From the human T2T-CHM13v2.0 reference genome, Homo sapiens, in the NCBI RefSeq assembly GCF_009914755.1, contig NC_060933.1: a stretch of 64,000 nucleotides of DNA; one strand, written 5' to 3'. Positions 26,001-39,705 of the stretch are shown in pieces. The notes below the pieces were generated by a model. The model was given only the letters and a program-made list of their open reading frames with translations, did no database searches and was not told the origin of the DNA. Position numbers and translations under genes: made by a program. Each line of letters begins with the position of its first letter. The first letter of the stretch is position 1.

Positions 26001-28779
26001 ATCCATTCCAATCCATTCCATTATATTCCATTCCACTCGAGTTGATTTCATTCCATTCCTTTCCATTCCATTCCATTCCTTTCCACTCGAGTTGATTCCA
26101 TTCCATTCCATTCCATTGTATTCCATTCCATGCCATTCCACTCGGGTTGATTCCATTCCATTCCTTTCCATTCCATTCCATTCCATTCCATTCCATTCCG
26201 TTGCATTCCATTCCATTCCTTTCCCCTGCACTCGGGTTGATTCCATTACTTTCCATTCCATTTAATTCCATTCCATTCCATTCCATTCCATTCCATTCCA
26301 TTCCATTTTGTTCCAATCCATTCTATTCCGAACCATTCCATTCCATTCCATTCCATTCCATTGCATTCCATTCCATGCCATTCCACTCGGGTTGATTCCA
26401 TTCCATTCCATTCCATTCGATTCCATTCCATTCCATTCCATTCCGTTCCATTCCATTTCATTACATTCATATTGATTCTATTCAATTCCCTTACACTCCA
26501 TTATATTCCAATCCATTCTGGTTGTTTCCATTCCATTCCACTCCATTTCACTCCATTCCATTGCACTCGGTTTGATTCCATTCCATTACATTCCATTCCA
26601 TTCCGGATGATTCCATTCCATTGCATTCCATTCCATTCCATTCCCCTGCACTCAGGTTGATTCCATTCCATTCCATTCCACTCCATTCGGTTCCGTTCCA
26701 TTCCATTCTATTGCATTCCATTCTATTCGGGTTAATTCCATTCCATTCTATTCCATTCCATTCCATTCCATTCCATTGCAATGGAGTTTATTACATTCCA
26801 TTCCATTCCATTCCGGATGATTCCATTCCATTGCATTCCATTCCATTCCATTTCCCTGCACTCGTGTTGATTCCATTACCTTCTATTCCATTCCATTCTA
26901 TTCCATTCCATTGCATTCCATTCTATTCCGGTTAATTCCATTCCATTCCATTCCATTCCATTCCATTCCATTCCATTCCATTGCAATCGAGTTGATTCCA
27001 TTCCATTCCTTTCCATTCCATTCCATTGACTTGCATTCCTATCGGGTTGATTCCATTCCCTTCTTTCCACTCCATTACATTCCCTTCCATTCCACTCGGA
27101 ATGATTGATTCCATTACATTCCATTCCATTTCATTCCATTGCAATCCATTCCAATCCATTCCATTCCATTCCACTCGAGTTGACTTCATTCCTTTCCTTT
27201 CCATTCCATTCCTTTCCTTTCCATTCGAGTTGATTCCATTCCATTCCATTCCATTGCATTCCATTCCATGCCATTCCACTCGGGTTGATTCCATTCCTTT
27301 GCATTCCATTCCATTCCATTCCATTCCATTCCATTCCATTCCATTCCGTTGCATTCCATTCCATTACATTCCGATTGATTCTATTCAACTCCCTTACTCT
27401 CCACTACATTCCATTCCATTCGGGTTGTTCCATTCCATTCCATTCCATTCCACTCCATTCCATTGCACTCGGGTTGATTCCATTCCATTCCATTCCATTC
27501 CATTCCATTCCATTCCATTCCGGATGATTCCATTCCATTGCATTCCGTTCCATTACATTCCCCTGCACTCGCGTTGATTCCCTTCCATTCCATTCCATTC
27601 CATTCAGTTCCATTCCATTACAATTCGTTCCATTCCATTCTATTCCGTACCATTCCATTCCATTCCATACCATTCCATTCCATTCCATTCCATTCCATTC
27701 CATTCCATTCCATTCCATTCCGTTCCATTCCGTTCCATTCCATTCCATTCCATTCTATTCGGGTTAATTCCATTCCATTCCATTCCATTCTATTCTATTC
27801 CATTCCATTGCAATCGAGTTGAATCCATTGCATTTCATTCCATTCCATTCCATTCCATTCCGGAAGATTCCACTCCATTGCATTCCATTCCATTCCATTC
27901 CCCTGCACTCGCGTTGATTCCATTCCGTTCCATTCCATTCCATTCCATTCCATTCCGTTCCGTTCCGTTCCGTTCCATTCCATTCCATTGCATTCCATTC
28001 CGTTCCGTTCCATTCCATTCCATTCCATTCTATTCGGGTTAATTCCATTCCATTCCATTCGATTGCAATCTTGTTGATTCCATTCCATTCCATTCCATTC
28101 CATTCCATTCCTTTCCATTCCATTACGGATGATTCCATTCCATTTCATTCCATTCCATTCCATTCCCCTGTACTCGGGTTGGTTTCATTCCATTGCATTC
28201 CAATCCATGCCCTTCCACTCGTGTTGATTCCATTTTTTCCATTCCATTCAAGTTGAATCCATTCCATTGCATTCCATTCCATTCGATTCCATTCGATTGC
28301 ACTCGGGTTGATTCCATTCCATTGCATTCCATTCCATTCCATTCCATTCCATTCCATTCCATTCCGTTCCATTCCATTCCATTACATTCGGATTGATTCT
28401 ATTCAATTCCCTTACACTCCATTCCATTCCATTCCATTCCATTCGGGTAGTTTCCATTCCATTCCATTCCATTCCTCTCCATTCCATTGCACTCGGGTTG
28501 ATTCCATTCCATTGCATTCCATTCCATTCCATTCAATTCCATTCCGTTCCATTCCATTCCATTACATTCGGATTGATTCTATTCATCTCCCTTAGTCTCC
28601 ATTACATTCCATTCCATTCGGGTTGTTCCATTCCATTCCATTCCATTCCACTCCATTCCATTGCACTCGGGTTGATTCCATTCCATTCCATTCCATTCCA
28701 TTCCATTCCATTCCATTCCGGAAGATTCCATTCCATTGCATTCCATTCCATTCCATTCCCCTGTACTCGTGTTGATTCC

Positions 28780-31700
28780 ATTCCATTCCATTCCATTCCA
28801 TTCCATTCCATTCCAATCGAGTTGATTCCATTCCATTCCATTCCATTCCATTCCACTCCTTTCCTGTCCTTTCCATTCCATTCCACTCGGGTTGATTCCA
28901 ATGTATTCCTTTCCATTCCATTCCATTCCATTGCAGTCGAGTTGATTCCATTGCTTTGCATTCCATTCCATTCCATTCCATTCCGGATGATTCCATTCCA
29001 TTGCATTCCATTCCATTACATTCCATTGCATTCCATTCCATTCCTTTCCCCTGCACTCAGGTTGATTCCATTCGATTCCATTCCATTCCATTCCATTCCA
29101 TTCCGTTCCATTCCATTCCATTCCATTCTATTCGCGTTAATTGCATTCCATTCCATTCCATTACATTCCATTGCAATCGAGTTGATTCCACTCCATTCCG
29201 TTCCATTCCATTCCATTCCATTCCATTTCGTTCCATTCCATTCTATTCCGTACCATTCCATTCCATTCCATTCCATTCCATTCCATTCCTTGCCATTCCA
29301 CTCGGGTTGATTCCATTGCTTTCCATTCCATTTGGGTTGAATCCATTCCATTCCATTCCATTCCATTCCATTCCATTCCATTCCATTGCACTAGGTTTGA
29401 TTCCATTTCACTGCATTCCATTCCATTCCATTCCATTCCGTTCCATTCCATTCCATTACATTCGGATTGATTCTATTCAATTCCCTTACACTCCATTTCA
29501 TTCCATTCCATTCGGGTTGTTTCCATGTCATTCCATTCCATTCCACTCCATTCCATTGCACTCGGGTTGATTCTATTCCATTCCATTCCATTCTATTCCA
29601 TTTCGTTCCATTCCATTCTATTCGGTACCATTCCATTCCATTCCATTCCATTCCATTCCATTCCATTCCATGCCATTCCACTTGGGTTGATTCCCTTCCT
29701 TTCCATTCCATTCGGGTTGAATCCATTCCATTCCATTCCATTCCATTCCATTCCATTCCATTCCATTCCATTCCATTCCTTTCCATTCCTTTGCACACGG
29801 GTTGATTCCATTCCATTCCTTTCTGTTCCATTCCGGATGACTCCATTCCATTGCATTCCATTCCATTCCATTCCCCTGCACTCGGGTTCATTACATTCCA
29901 TTCCATTTACTTCCATTCCATTCCATTCCATTCCATTCTATTCTATTCGGGTTAATTCCATTCCATTCCATTCCATTCCATTCCATTCCATTCCATTCCG
30001 TTCCGTTCCGTTCCATTCCATTCCATTCCATTCTATTCGGGTTAATTCCATTCCATTCCATTCCTTTCCATTCCATTCCATTCCATTCCAATCGAGTTGA
30101 TTCCATTCCATTCCATTCCATTCCATTCCACTCCATTCCAGTCCTTTCCATTCCATTCCACTCGGGTTGATTCCAATGTATTCCTTTCCATTCCATTCCA
30201 TTCCATTGCAATCGAGTTGATTCCATTGCTTTGCATTCCATTCCATTCCATTCCATTCCGGATGACTCCATTCCATTGCATTCCATTCCATTGCATTCCC
30301 CTGCACTCGGGTTGATTCCATTCCATTCCACTCCATTCCGTTGCATTCCATTCCATTCCATTGTATTCGGGTTAATTCCATTCCATTCCATTCCATTCCA
30401 TTCCATTCCATTACAATCGAGTTGATTCCATTCCATTCCATTCCATTCCATTCCATTCCATTCCAGTCCTTTCCATTCCATTCCACTCGGGTTGATTCCA
30501 TTCTATTAGTTTCCATTCCATTCCATTCCCTTCCATTCCACTCTGGTTGATTCCATTCCTTTCCATTCTACTCGAATACATTCCCTCCTATTCCACTTGG
30601 AACGATTCCATTCCATTTCATTCCATTCCATTCCATTCCATTCCATTCCATTCCATTCCATTTCGTTCCATTACATTCTATTCCGTATCATTCCATTCCA
30701 TTCCATTCCATTCCATTCCATTCCATTCCACTCGTGTTGATTCCATTCCTTTCCATTCCATTCGGTTTGAAGGCTTTCCATTCCATTCCATTCCATTCCA
30801 TTCCATTCCATTCCATTGCATTCCATTGTACTCGGGTTGATTCCATTCTATTGCATTCCATTCCATTCCATTCCATTCCAATCCGTTGCATTCCATTCCA
30901 TTACATTCGGATTGATTCTATTCAACTCCCTTACTCTCCATTCCATTCCATTCCATTCGGGTTGTTCCATTCCATTCCATTCCATTCCACTCCATTCCAT
31001 TGCACTCGGGTTGATTCCATTCCATTCCATTCCATTCCATTCCATTCCGGATGATTCCATTCCATTGCATTCCGTTCCATTACATTCCCCTGCACTCGCG
31101 TTGATTCCATTCCATTCCATTCCATTCAATTCCATTCCATTACAATTCGTTCCATTCCATTCTATTCCGTACCATTCCATTCCATTCCATACCATTCCAT
31201 TCCATTCCATTCCATTCCGTTCCATTCCGTTCCATTCCGTTCCATTCCATTCCATTCCATTCTATTCGGGTTAATTCCATTCCATTCCATTCCATTCCAT
31301 TCCATTCCAATCTATTCCATTCCATTGCAATCGAGTTGAATCCATTGCATTTCATTCCATTCCATTCCATTCCATTCCATTCCATTGCAATCGAGTTGAA
31401 TCCATTTCATTTCATTCCATTCCATTCCATTCCATTCCATTCCATTCCGGAAGAATCCATTCCATTGCATTCCATTCCATTCCATTCCCCTGCACTCCCG
31501 TTGATTCCTTTCCATTCCATTCCATTCCATTCCATTCCATTCCGTTCCGTTCCGTTCCATTTCATTCCATTCCATTCCATTCCATTCCGTTCCGTTCCAT
31601 TCCATTCTATTCGGGTTAATTCCATTCCATTCCATTCGATTGCAATCGAGTTGATTCCATTCCATTCCATTCCATTCCATTCCATTCCATTCCAATCGAG

Positions 31701-32370
31701 TTGATTGCATTCCATTCCATTCCATTCCATTCCACTCCATTCCAGTCCTTTCCATTCCATTCCACTGGGGTTGATTCCATTCTATTCCTTTCCATTCCAT
31801 TCCATTCCATTGCAATCGAGTTGATTCCATTGCTTTGCATTCCATTCCATTCCATTCCATTCCGGATGATTCCATTCCATTGCATTCCATTCCATTCCAT
31901 TCCCCTGCACTCGGGTTGATTCCATTCCATTCCATTCCATTCCGTTCCATTCCATTCCATTCCATTGTATTCGTGTTAATTCCATTCCATGCCATTCCAT
32001 TCCATTCCATTCCATTCCATTCCATTCTATTACAATCGAGTTGATTCCATTCCATTCCATTCCATTCCATTCCATTCCAGTCCTTTCCATTCCATTCCAC
32101 TCGGGTAGATTCCATTCTATTAGTTTCCATTCCATTCCATTCCCTTCCATTCCACTCTGGTTGATTCCATTCCTTTCCATTCCACTCTAATACATTCCCT
32201 CCTATTCCACTCGGAACGATTCCATTCCATTCCATTCCATTCCATTCCTTTCCATTCCATTCCATTCCATTTCGTTCCATTCCATTCTATTCCGTACCAT
32301 TCCATTCCATTCCATTCCTTTCCATTCCATTCCATTCCATTCCACTCTTGTTGATTCCATTCCTTTCCAT
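28780..32370 (-). repeat. Near-identical segmental duplication, copy 1 (copy 2 at ~60440-64000)
   Basis: Collinear private variants at offsets 31632-31667: CTGTCC, CAGTCGAG, CCTTGCC, GAAGGCTTT, GGAAGAATCC, ACTGGGGTTG, GGGTAGATT, ACTCTAATAC. Confidence 0.92.
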
Positions 32371-34180
32371 TCCATTCGGTTTGAAGGCATTCCATTCCAT
32401 TCAATTCCATTCCATTCCATTCCATTCCATTCCATTCCATTCCATTGTACTCGGGTTGATTCCATTCCATTCCATTCCATTCCATTCCATTCCATTCCAT
32501 TCCGTTGCATTCCATTCCATTACATTCGGACTGATTCTATTCAACTCCCTTACTCTCCATTACATTCCATTCCATTCGGGTTGTTCCATTCCATTCCATT
32601 CCATTCCATTCCACTCCATTCCATTGCACTCGGGTTGATTCCATTCCATTCCATTCCATACCATTCCATTCCATTCCATTCCATTCCGTTCCATTCCGTT
32701 CCATTCCATTCCATTCCATTCTATTCGGGTTAATTCCATTCCATTCCATTCCATTCCATTCTATTCCATTCCATTGCAATCGAGTTGAATCCATTGCATT
32801 TCATGCCATTCCATTCCATTCCATTCCATTCCGGAAGATTCCATTCCATTGCATTCCATACCATTCCATTCCCCTGCACTCGCGTTGATTCCATTCCATT
32901 CCATTCCATTCCATTCCATTCCATTCCGTTCCGTTCCCTTCCATTCCATTCTATTCCATTCCATTCCATTCCATTCCGTTCCGTTCCATTCCATTCCATT
33001 CCATTCTATTTGGGTTAATTCCATTCCATTCCATTCGATTGCAATCGAGTTGATTCCATTCCATTCCATTCCATTCCATTCCATTCCATTCCATTCCTTT
33101 CCATTACATTACGGATGATTCCATTCTATTGCAATCCATTCCATTCCATTCCCCTGTACTCGGGTTGATTCCATTCCATTCCATTCCAATCCATGCCATT
33201 CCACTCGTATTGATTCCATTCTTTCCATTCCATTCAAGTTGAATCCATTCCATTGCATTCCATTCCATTTGATTCCATTCGATTGCACTCGGGTTGATTC
33301 CATTCCATTGCATTCCATTCCATTCCATTCCATTCCATTCAGTTCCATTCCATTCCATTACATTCGGATTGATTCTATTCAATTCCCTTACACTCCATTA
33401 CATTCCATTCCATTCGGGTAGTTTCCATTCCATTCCATTCCATTCCTCTCCATTCCATTGCACTCGGGTTGATTCCATTCCATTGCATTCCATTCCATAC
33501 CATTCAATTGCATTCCGTTCCATTCCATTCCATTACATTCGGATTGATTCTATTCAACTCCCTTACTCTCCATTACATTCGATTCCATTCGGGTTGTTCC
33601 ATTCCATTCCATTCCATTCCACTCCATTCCATTGCACTCGGGTTGATTCCATTCCATTCCATTCCATTCCGGAAGATTCCATTCCATTGCATTCCATTGC
33701 ATTCCATTCCCCTACACTCAGGTTGATTCCATTCCATTCCATTCCATTCCATTCTATTCTATTCGCGTTAATTCCATTCCACTCCATTCCATTACATTCC
33801 ATTGCAATCGACTTGATTCCATTCTATTCCATTCCATTCCATTCCATTCCATTCAAGTCCTTTCCATTCCATTCCACTCGTGTTGATTCCATTTTATTAG
33901 TTTGCATTCCATTCCATTCCCTTCCATTCCAATCTGGTTGATTCCATTCCTTTCCATTCCACTGGAATTCATTCCCTTCTATTCCACTCGTAATGATTCC
34001 TTTCCTTTCCATTCCATTCCATTCCATTCCATTTCGTTCCATTGCATTGTATTCCGTACCATTCCATTCCATTCCATTCCATGCCATTCCACTCGGGTTG
34101 ATTCCATTGCTTTCCATTCCATTTGGGTTGAATCCATTCCATTCTATTCCATTCCATTCCATTCCATTCTATTCCATGGC

Positions 34181-35620
34181 ACTAGGTTTGATTCCATTCC
34201 ACTGCATTCCACTCCACTCCATTCCATTCCATTCCGTTCCATTCCATTCCATTCCATTACATTCGGATTGATTGTATTCAATTCCCTTACACTCCATTTC
34301 ATTCCACTCCATTCAGGTTGTTTCCATTGCATTCCAATCCATTCCACTCCATTCCATTGCACTCGGGTTGATTGCATTCCATTCCATTCCATTCCATTCC
34401 ATTTCCTTCCATTCCATTCTATTCGGTACCATTCCATTCCATTCCCTTCCAATCCATTCCATTCCATGCCATTCCACTTGGGTTGATTCCCATCCTTTCC
34501 ATTCCATTCGTGTTGAATCCATTCCATTCCATTCCATTCCATTCCATTCCTTTCCATTCCATTGCACACGGATTGGTTCCATTCCATTCCTTTCCGTTCC
34601 ATTCCGGATGACTCCATTCCATTGCATTCCATTCCATTGTATTCCATTCCCCTGCCCTCGGGTTCATTACCTTCCATTCCATTTACTTCCATTCCATTCC
34701 ATTCCATTCTCTTCGGGTTAATTCCATTCCATTCCATTCCATTCCATTCCATTCCATTCCATTCCATTCCATTCCATTCCATTCCATTCCATTGCAATCG
34801 AGTTGATTCCATTCCATTCCATTCGATTCCGGATTATTCCATTCCATTGCCTTCAATTCCATTCCATTCCCCTGCACTCGGGTTGATTCCATTCCATTCC
34901 ATTCCATTCTATTCCATTGCACTAGGTTTGATTCCATTCCACTGCATTCCATTCCATTCCATTCCATTCCATTCCGTTCCATTCCATTCCATTCCATTAC
35001 ATTCGGATTGATTGTATTCAATTCCCTTACACTCCATTTCATTCCATTCCATTCAGGTTGTTTCCATTCCATTCCAATCCATTCCACTCCATTCCATTGC
35101 ACTCGGGTTGATTGCATTCCATTCCATTCCATTCTATTCCATTTCCTTCCATTCCATTCTATTCGGTACCATTCCATTCCATTCCATTCAAATCCATTCC
35201 ATTCCATGCCATTCCACTTGGGTTGATTCCCATCCTTTCCATTCCATTCGGGTTGAATCCATTCAATTCCATTCCATTCCATTCCATTCCTTTCCATTCC
35301 ATTGCACACGGGTTGGTTCCATTCCATTCCTTTCCGTTCCATTCCGGATGACACCATTCCATTGCATTCCATTCCATTCCATTCCATTCCCCTGCACTCG
35401 GGTTCATTACCTCACATTCCATTTACTTCCATTCCATTCCATTCCATTCTCTTCGGGTTAATTCCATTCCATTCCATTCCATTCCATTCCATTCCATTCC
35501 ATTCCATTCCATTGCAATCGAGTTGATTCCATTCCATTAAATTCAATTCCGGATGATTCCATTCCATTGCCTTCAATTCCATTCGATTCCCCTGCACTCG
35601 GGTTGATTCCATTCCATTCC
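34181..35620 (-). repeat. ~740-bp diverged tandem duplication
   Basis: ACTAGGTTTG 34181/34921, CATCCTTTCC 34491/35231, ATTTACTTCC 34681/35421, CTTCGGGTTA 34711/35451. Confidence 0.9.
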
Positions 35621-38600
35621 ATTCCATTTCATTCCATTCCATTTCGTTCCTTTCCATTCTATTCCGTACCATTCCATTCCATTCCATTCCATTCCATTCC
35701 ATTCCATTCCATTCCATGCCATATCACTCGGGTTGATTCCATTCCTTTCCATTCCATTCGAGTTGAATCCATTCCAATCCATTCCATTCCATTCGATTCC
35801 ATTCCATTGCACACGGGTTCATTCCATTCCATTCCATTCCATTCCATTCCATTCCATTCCATTCCATTCCGTTTCCTTCCATTCCATTCTATTCCGTACC
35901 ATTCCATTCCATTCCATTCCATTCCATTCCACTCCATTCCATGCCATTCCACTCGGGTTTATTCCATTCCTTTCCATTCCATTCGGGTTGAATCCATTCC
36001 ATTCCATTCCATTCCATTCGATTCCATTACATTGCACTCGGGTTGATTCCATTCCATTCCATTCCTTTACATTTCATTCCATTCCACTCCATTCCATGCC
36101 ATTCCACGGGGGTTTATTCCATTCCTTTCCATTCCATTCGTGTTGAATCCATTCCATTCCATTCCATTCCATTCGACTCCATTACACTGCACTCGGGTTG
36201 ATTCCATTCCATTCCATTCCATTCCATTCCATTCCATTTCATTCCATTCCATTCCATTCCATTCCATTCCATTCCATTCCATTCCATGCCATTCCACTCT
36301 TGTTGATTCCATTCCTTTCCATTCCATTCGAGTTGAACCCATTCCATTCCATTCCATTCCATTACATTACATTCCATTCCATTGCACATGGGTTCATTCC
36401 ATTGCATTCCATTCCATTCCGTTCCATTCCATTCCGTTCCATTCCATTCTATTCCATTCTGTTCAGGTTAATTCCATTCTATTCCTTTCCCTTCCATTCC
36501 ATTCCATTCCATCCCATTGCAATCGAGTTGATTACATTGCATTCCATTCCATTACATTCCATTGCATTCCATTCCATTCCATTCCCCTGCACTCAGGTTG
36601 ATTCCATTCGATTCCATTCCATTCCATTCCATTCCATTCCGTTCCATTCCATTCCATTCCATTCTATTCGTGTTAATTGCATTCCATTCCATTCCATTAC
36701 ATTCCATTGCAATCGAGTTGATTCCATTCTATTCCGTACCATTCCATTCCATTCCATTCCATTCCATTCCATTCCATTCCATTCCATGCCATTCCACTCA
36801 GGTTGATTCCATTGCTTTCCATTCCATGTGGGTTGAATCCATTCCATTCCATTCCATTCCATTCCATTCCATTCCATTCCATTGCACTAGGTTTGATTCC
36901 ATTCCACTGCATTCCATTCCATTCCATTCCATTCCATTCCATTTCATTCCATTACATTCGGATTGATTGTATTCAATTCCCTTACACTCCATTTCATTCC
37001 ATTCCATTCGGGTTGTTTCCATGTCATTCCATTCCATTCCACTCCATTCCATTGCTCTCGGGTTGATTCCATTCCATTCCATTCCATTCTATTCCATTTC
37101 GTTCCATTCCATTCTATTCGGTACCATTCCATTCCATTCCATTCCATTCCATTCCATTCCATTCCATGCCATTCCACTTGGGTTAATTCCCTTCCTTTCC
37201 ATTCCATTCGGGTTGAATCCATTCCATTCCATTCCATTCCATTCCATTCCATTCCATTCCATTCCATTGCACACAGGTTGATTCCATTCCATTCCTTTCT
37301 GTTCCATTCCGGATGACTCCATTCCATTGCATTCCATTCCTTTCCATTCCCCTGCACTCGGGTTCATTACATTCCATTCCATTTACTTCCATTCCATTCC
37401 ATTCCATTCCATTCCATTCCATTCTATTCGGGTTAATTCCATTCCATTCCATTCCATTCCATTCCATTCCATTCCGTTCCATTCAATTCCATTACATTCG
37501 GATTGATTCTTTTTAATTCCCTTACACTCCATTCCATTCTATTCCATTCGGGTAGTTTCCATACCATTCCATTCCATTCCACTGCATTCTATTGCACTCG
37601 GGTTGATTGATTCCATTCCATTGCATTCCATTCCATTCCATTCCATTCCGGATGATTCCATTCCATTGCATTCCATTGCATTCCATTCCCCTGTACTCGG
37701 GTTGATCCCATTCCATTGCATTCCATTCCATTCCATTCCATTCCATTCCATTCCGTTCCGTTCCATTCCATTCCCTTCCATTCTGTTCAGGTTAATTCCA
37801 TTCCATTCCATTCCCTTCCATTCCATTCCATTCCATTCCATTCCATTCCATTCCATGCCATTCCACTCGGGTTGATTCCATTCCTTTCCATTCCATTCGA
37901 GTTGAACCCATTCCATTCCATTCCATTCCATTCCATTCCATTCCATTCCACTCGGGTTCATTCCATTCCTTTCCATTGCATTCGGCTTGAAACCATTCCA
38001 TTCCATTCCATTCCTTTCGATTCCATTCCATTTCACTCGGGTTGATCCCATTCCATTGCATTCCATTCCATTCCATTGCACTCCATTCCGTTCCGTTCCA
38101 TTCCTTTCCATTACATTCGTATTGATTCTATTCAATTCCCTTACTCTCCATTACATTCCATTCCATTCGGGTTGTTTCCATTCCATTCCATTCCATTCCA
38201 CTCCATTCCATTGCAATCGGGTTGATTCCATTCCATTCCATTGCATTCCATTCCATTTCATTCCATTCCATTCCATTCCATTCCGTATGATTCCATTCCA
38301 TTGCATTCCATTCCATTCCATTCCACTGCACTCGGTTGGATTCCATTCTATTCCATTCCATTCCTTTCCATTCCATTCCATTCCATTCCATTCCTTTCCA
38401 TTCTATTCGGGTTAATTTCATTCCATTCCCTTCCATTCCATTCCATTCCATTCCATTCCATTCCAATGAAATCGAGTTGATTCCATTCCATTCCATTCCA
38501 TTCCATTCTATTCGTGTTAATTCCATTCCATTCCATTCCATTCCATTCCCTTCCATTCCATTCCATTCCATTCCATTCCATTCCATTCCATTCCATTCTA

Positions 38601-39674
38601 TTAGGGTTAATTCCATTCCATTCCATTCCATTCCATTCCACTCCATTCCATGCCATTCCACTCGGGTTTATTCCATTCCTTTCCATTCCATTCGGGTTGA
38701 ATCCATTCCATTCCATTCCATTCCATTCCATTCCATTCCTTTCCATTCCATGCCATTGCACTCGGGTTGATTCCATTCCTTTCCATTCCATTCGAATTGA
38801 ACCCATTCCATTCCCTTCCATTCCATTCCATTCCATTCCATTCCATTCCATTCCATTGCTCACGGGTTCATTCCATTCCATTCCATTCCATTCCATTCCA
38901 TTCCATTCCATTTCTTTCCATTCCATTCTACTCCGTACCATTCCATTCCATTCCATTCCCTTCCATGCCATTTCACTGGGGTTTATTCCATTCCTTTCCA
39001 TTCCATTCGGGTTGAATCCATTCCATTCCATTCCATTCCCTTCCATTCCGTTCCATTCCATTCCATTCCATTCTGTTCAGGTTAATTCCATTCCATTCCA
39101 TTCCCTTCCATTCCATTCCATTCCATTCCATCCCATTGCAATCTAGTTGATTCCATTGCATTCCATTCCATTCCATTCCATTCCATTGCATTCCATTCCA
39201 TTCCATTCCCCTGCACTCAGATTGATTCCATTCCATCCCATTCCATTCCATTCCGTTCCATTACATTCCATTCCATTCTATTCGCGTTAATTCCATTCCA
39301 TTCCATTCCATTACATTCCATTGCAATCGAGTTGATTCCATTCCATTCCGTTCCATTCCATTCCATTCCATTCCATTTCGTTCCATTCCATTCTATTCTG
39401 TACCATTCCATTCCATTCCATTCCATTCCATTCCATTCCATTCCATTCCATGCCATTCCACTCGGGTTGATTCCATTGCTTTCCATTCCATTTGGGTTGA
39501 ATCCAATCCCTTCCATTCCATTCCATTCCATTCCATTCCATTGCACTAGGTTTGATTCCATTCCACTGCATTCCATTCCATTCCATTCCGTTCCATTCCA
39601 TTCCATTACATTCGGATTGATTGTATTCAATTCCCTTACACTCCATTACATTCCATTCCATTCGGGTTGTTTCC

Positions 39675-39705
39675 ATTCCATTCCATTCCGTGTGCAATGG
39701 AATGG
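39675..39705. other. Strand-switch (inversion) junction 2
   Basis: ATTCCATTCCATT[CC]GTGTGCAATGGAATGG. The CC at 39688-39689 can belong to either side. Confidence 0.95.

Larger units (their letters stand above)
23054..39689 (-). repeat. HSat3 orientation block 2 (CATTC on + strand)
   Basis: Starts CCGGAAGATTCCATTCC at 23054 and ends ...TTCCATTCCATTCC at 39689. Confidence 0.97.

Noticed and set aside
38591-38596. Telomere-like TTAGGG (also ~20825; CCCTAA at ~43613)
   Set aside because: Single hexamers arising from point variants of satellite motifs, with no tandem array.
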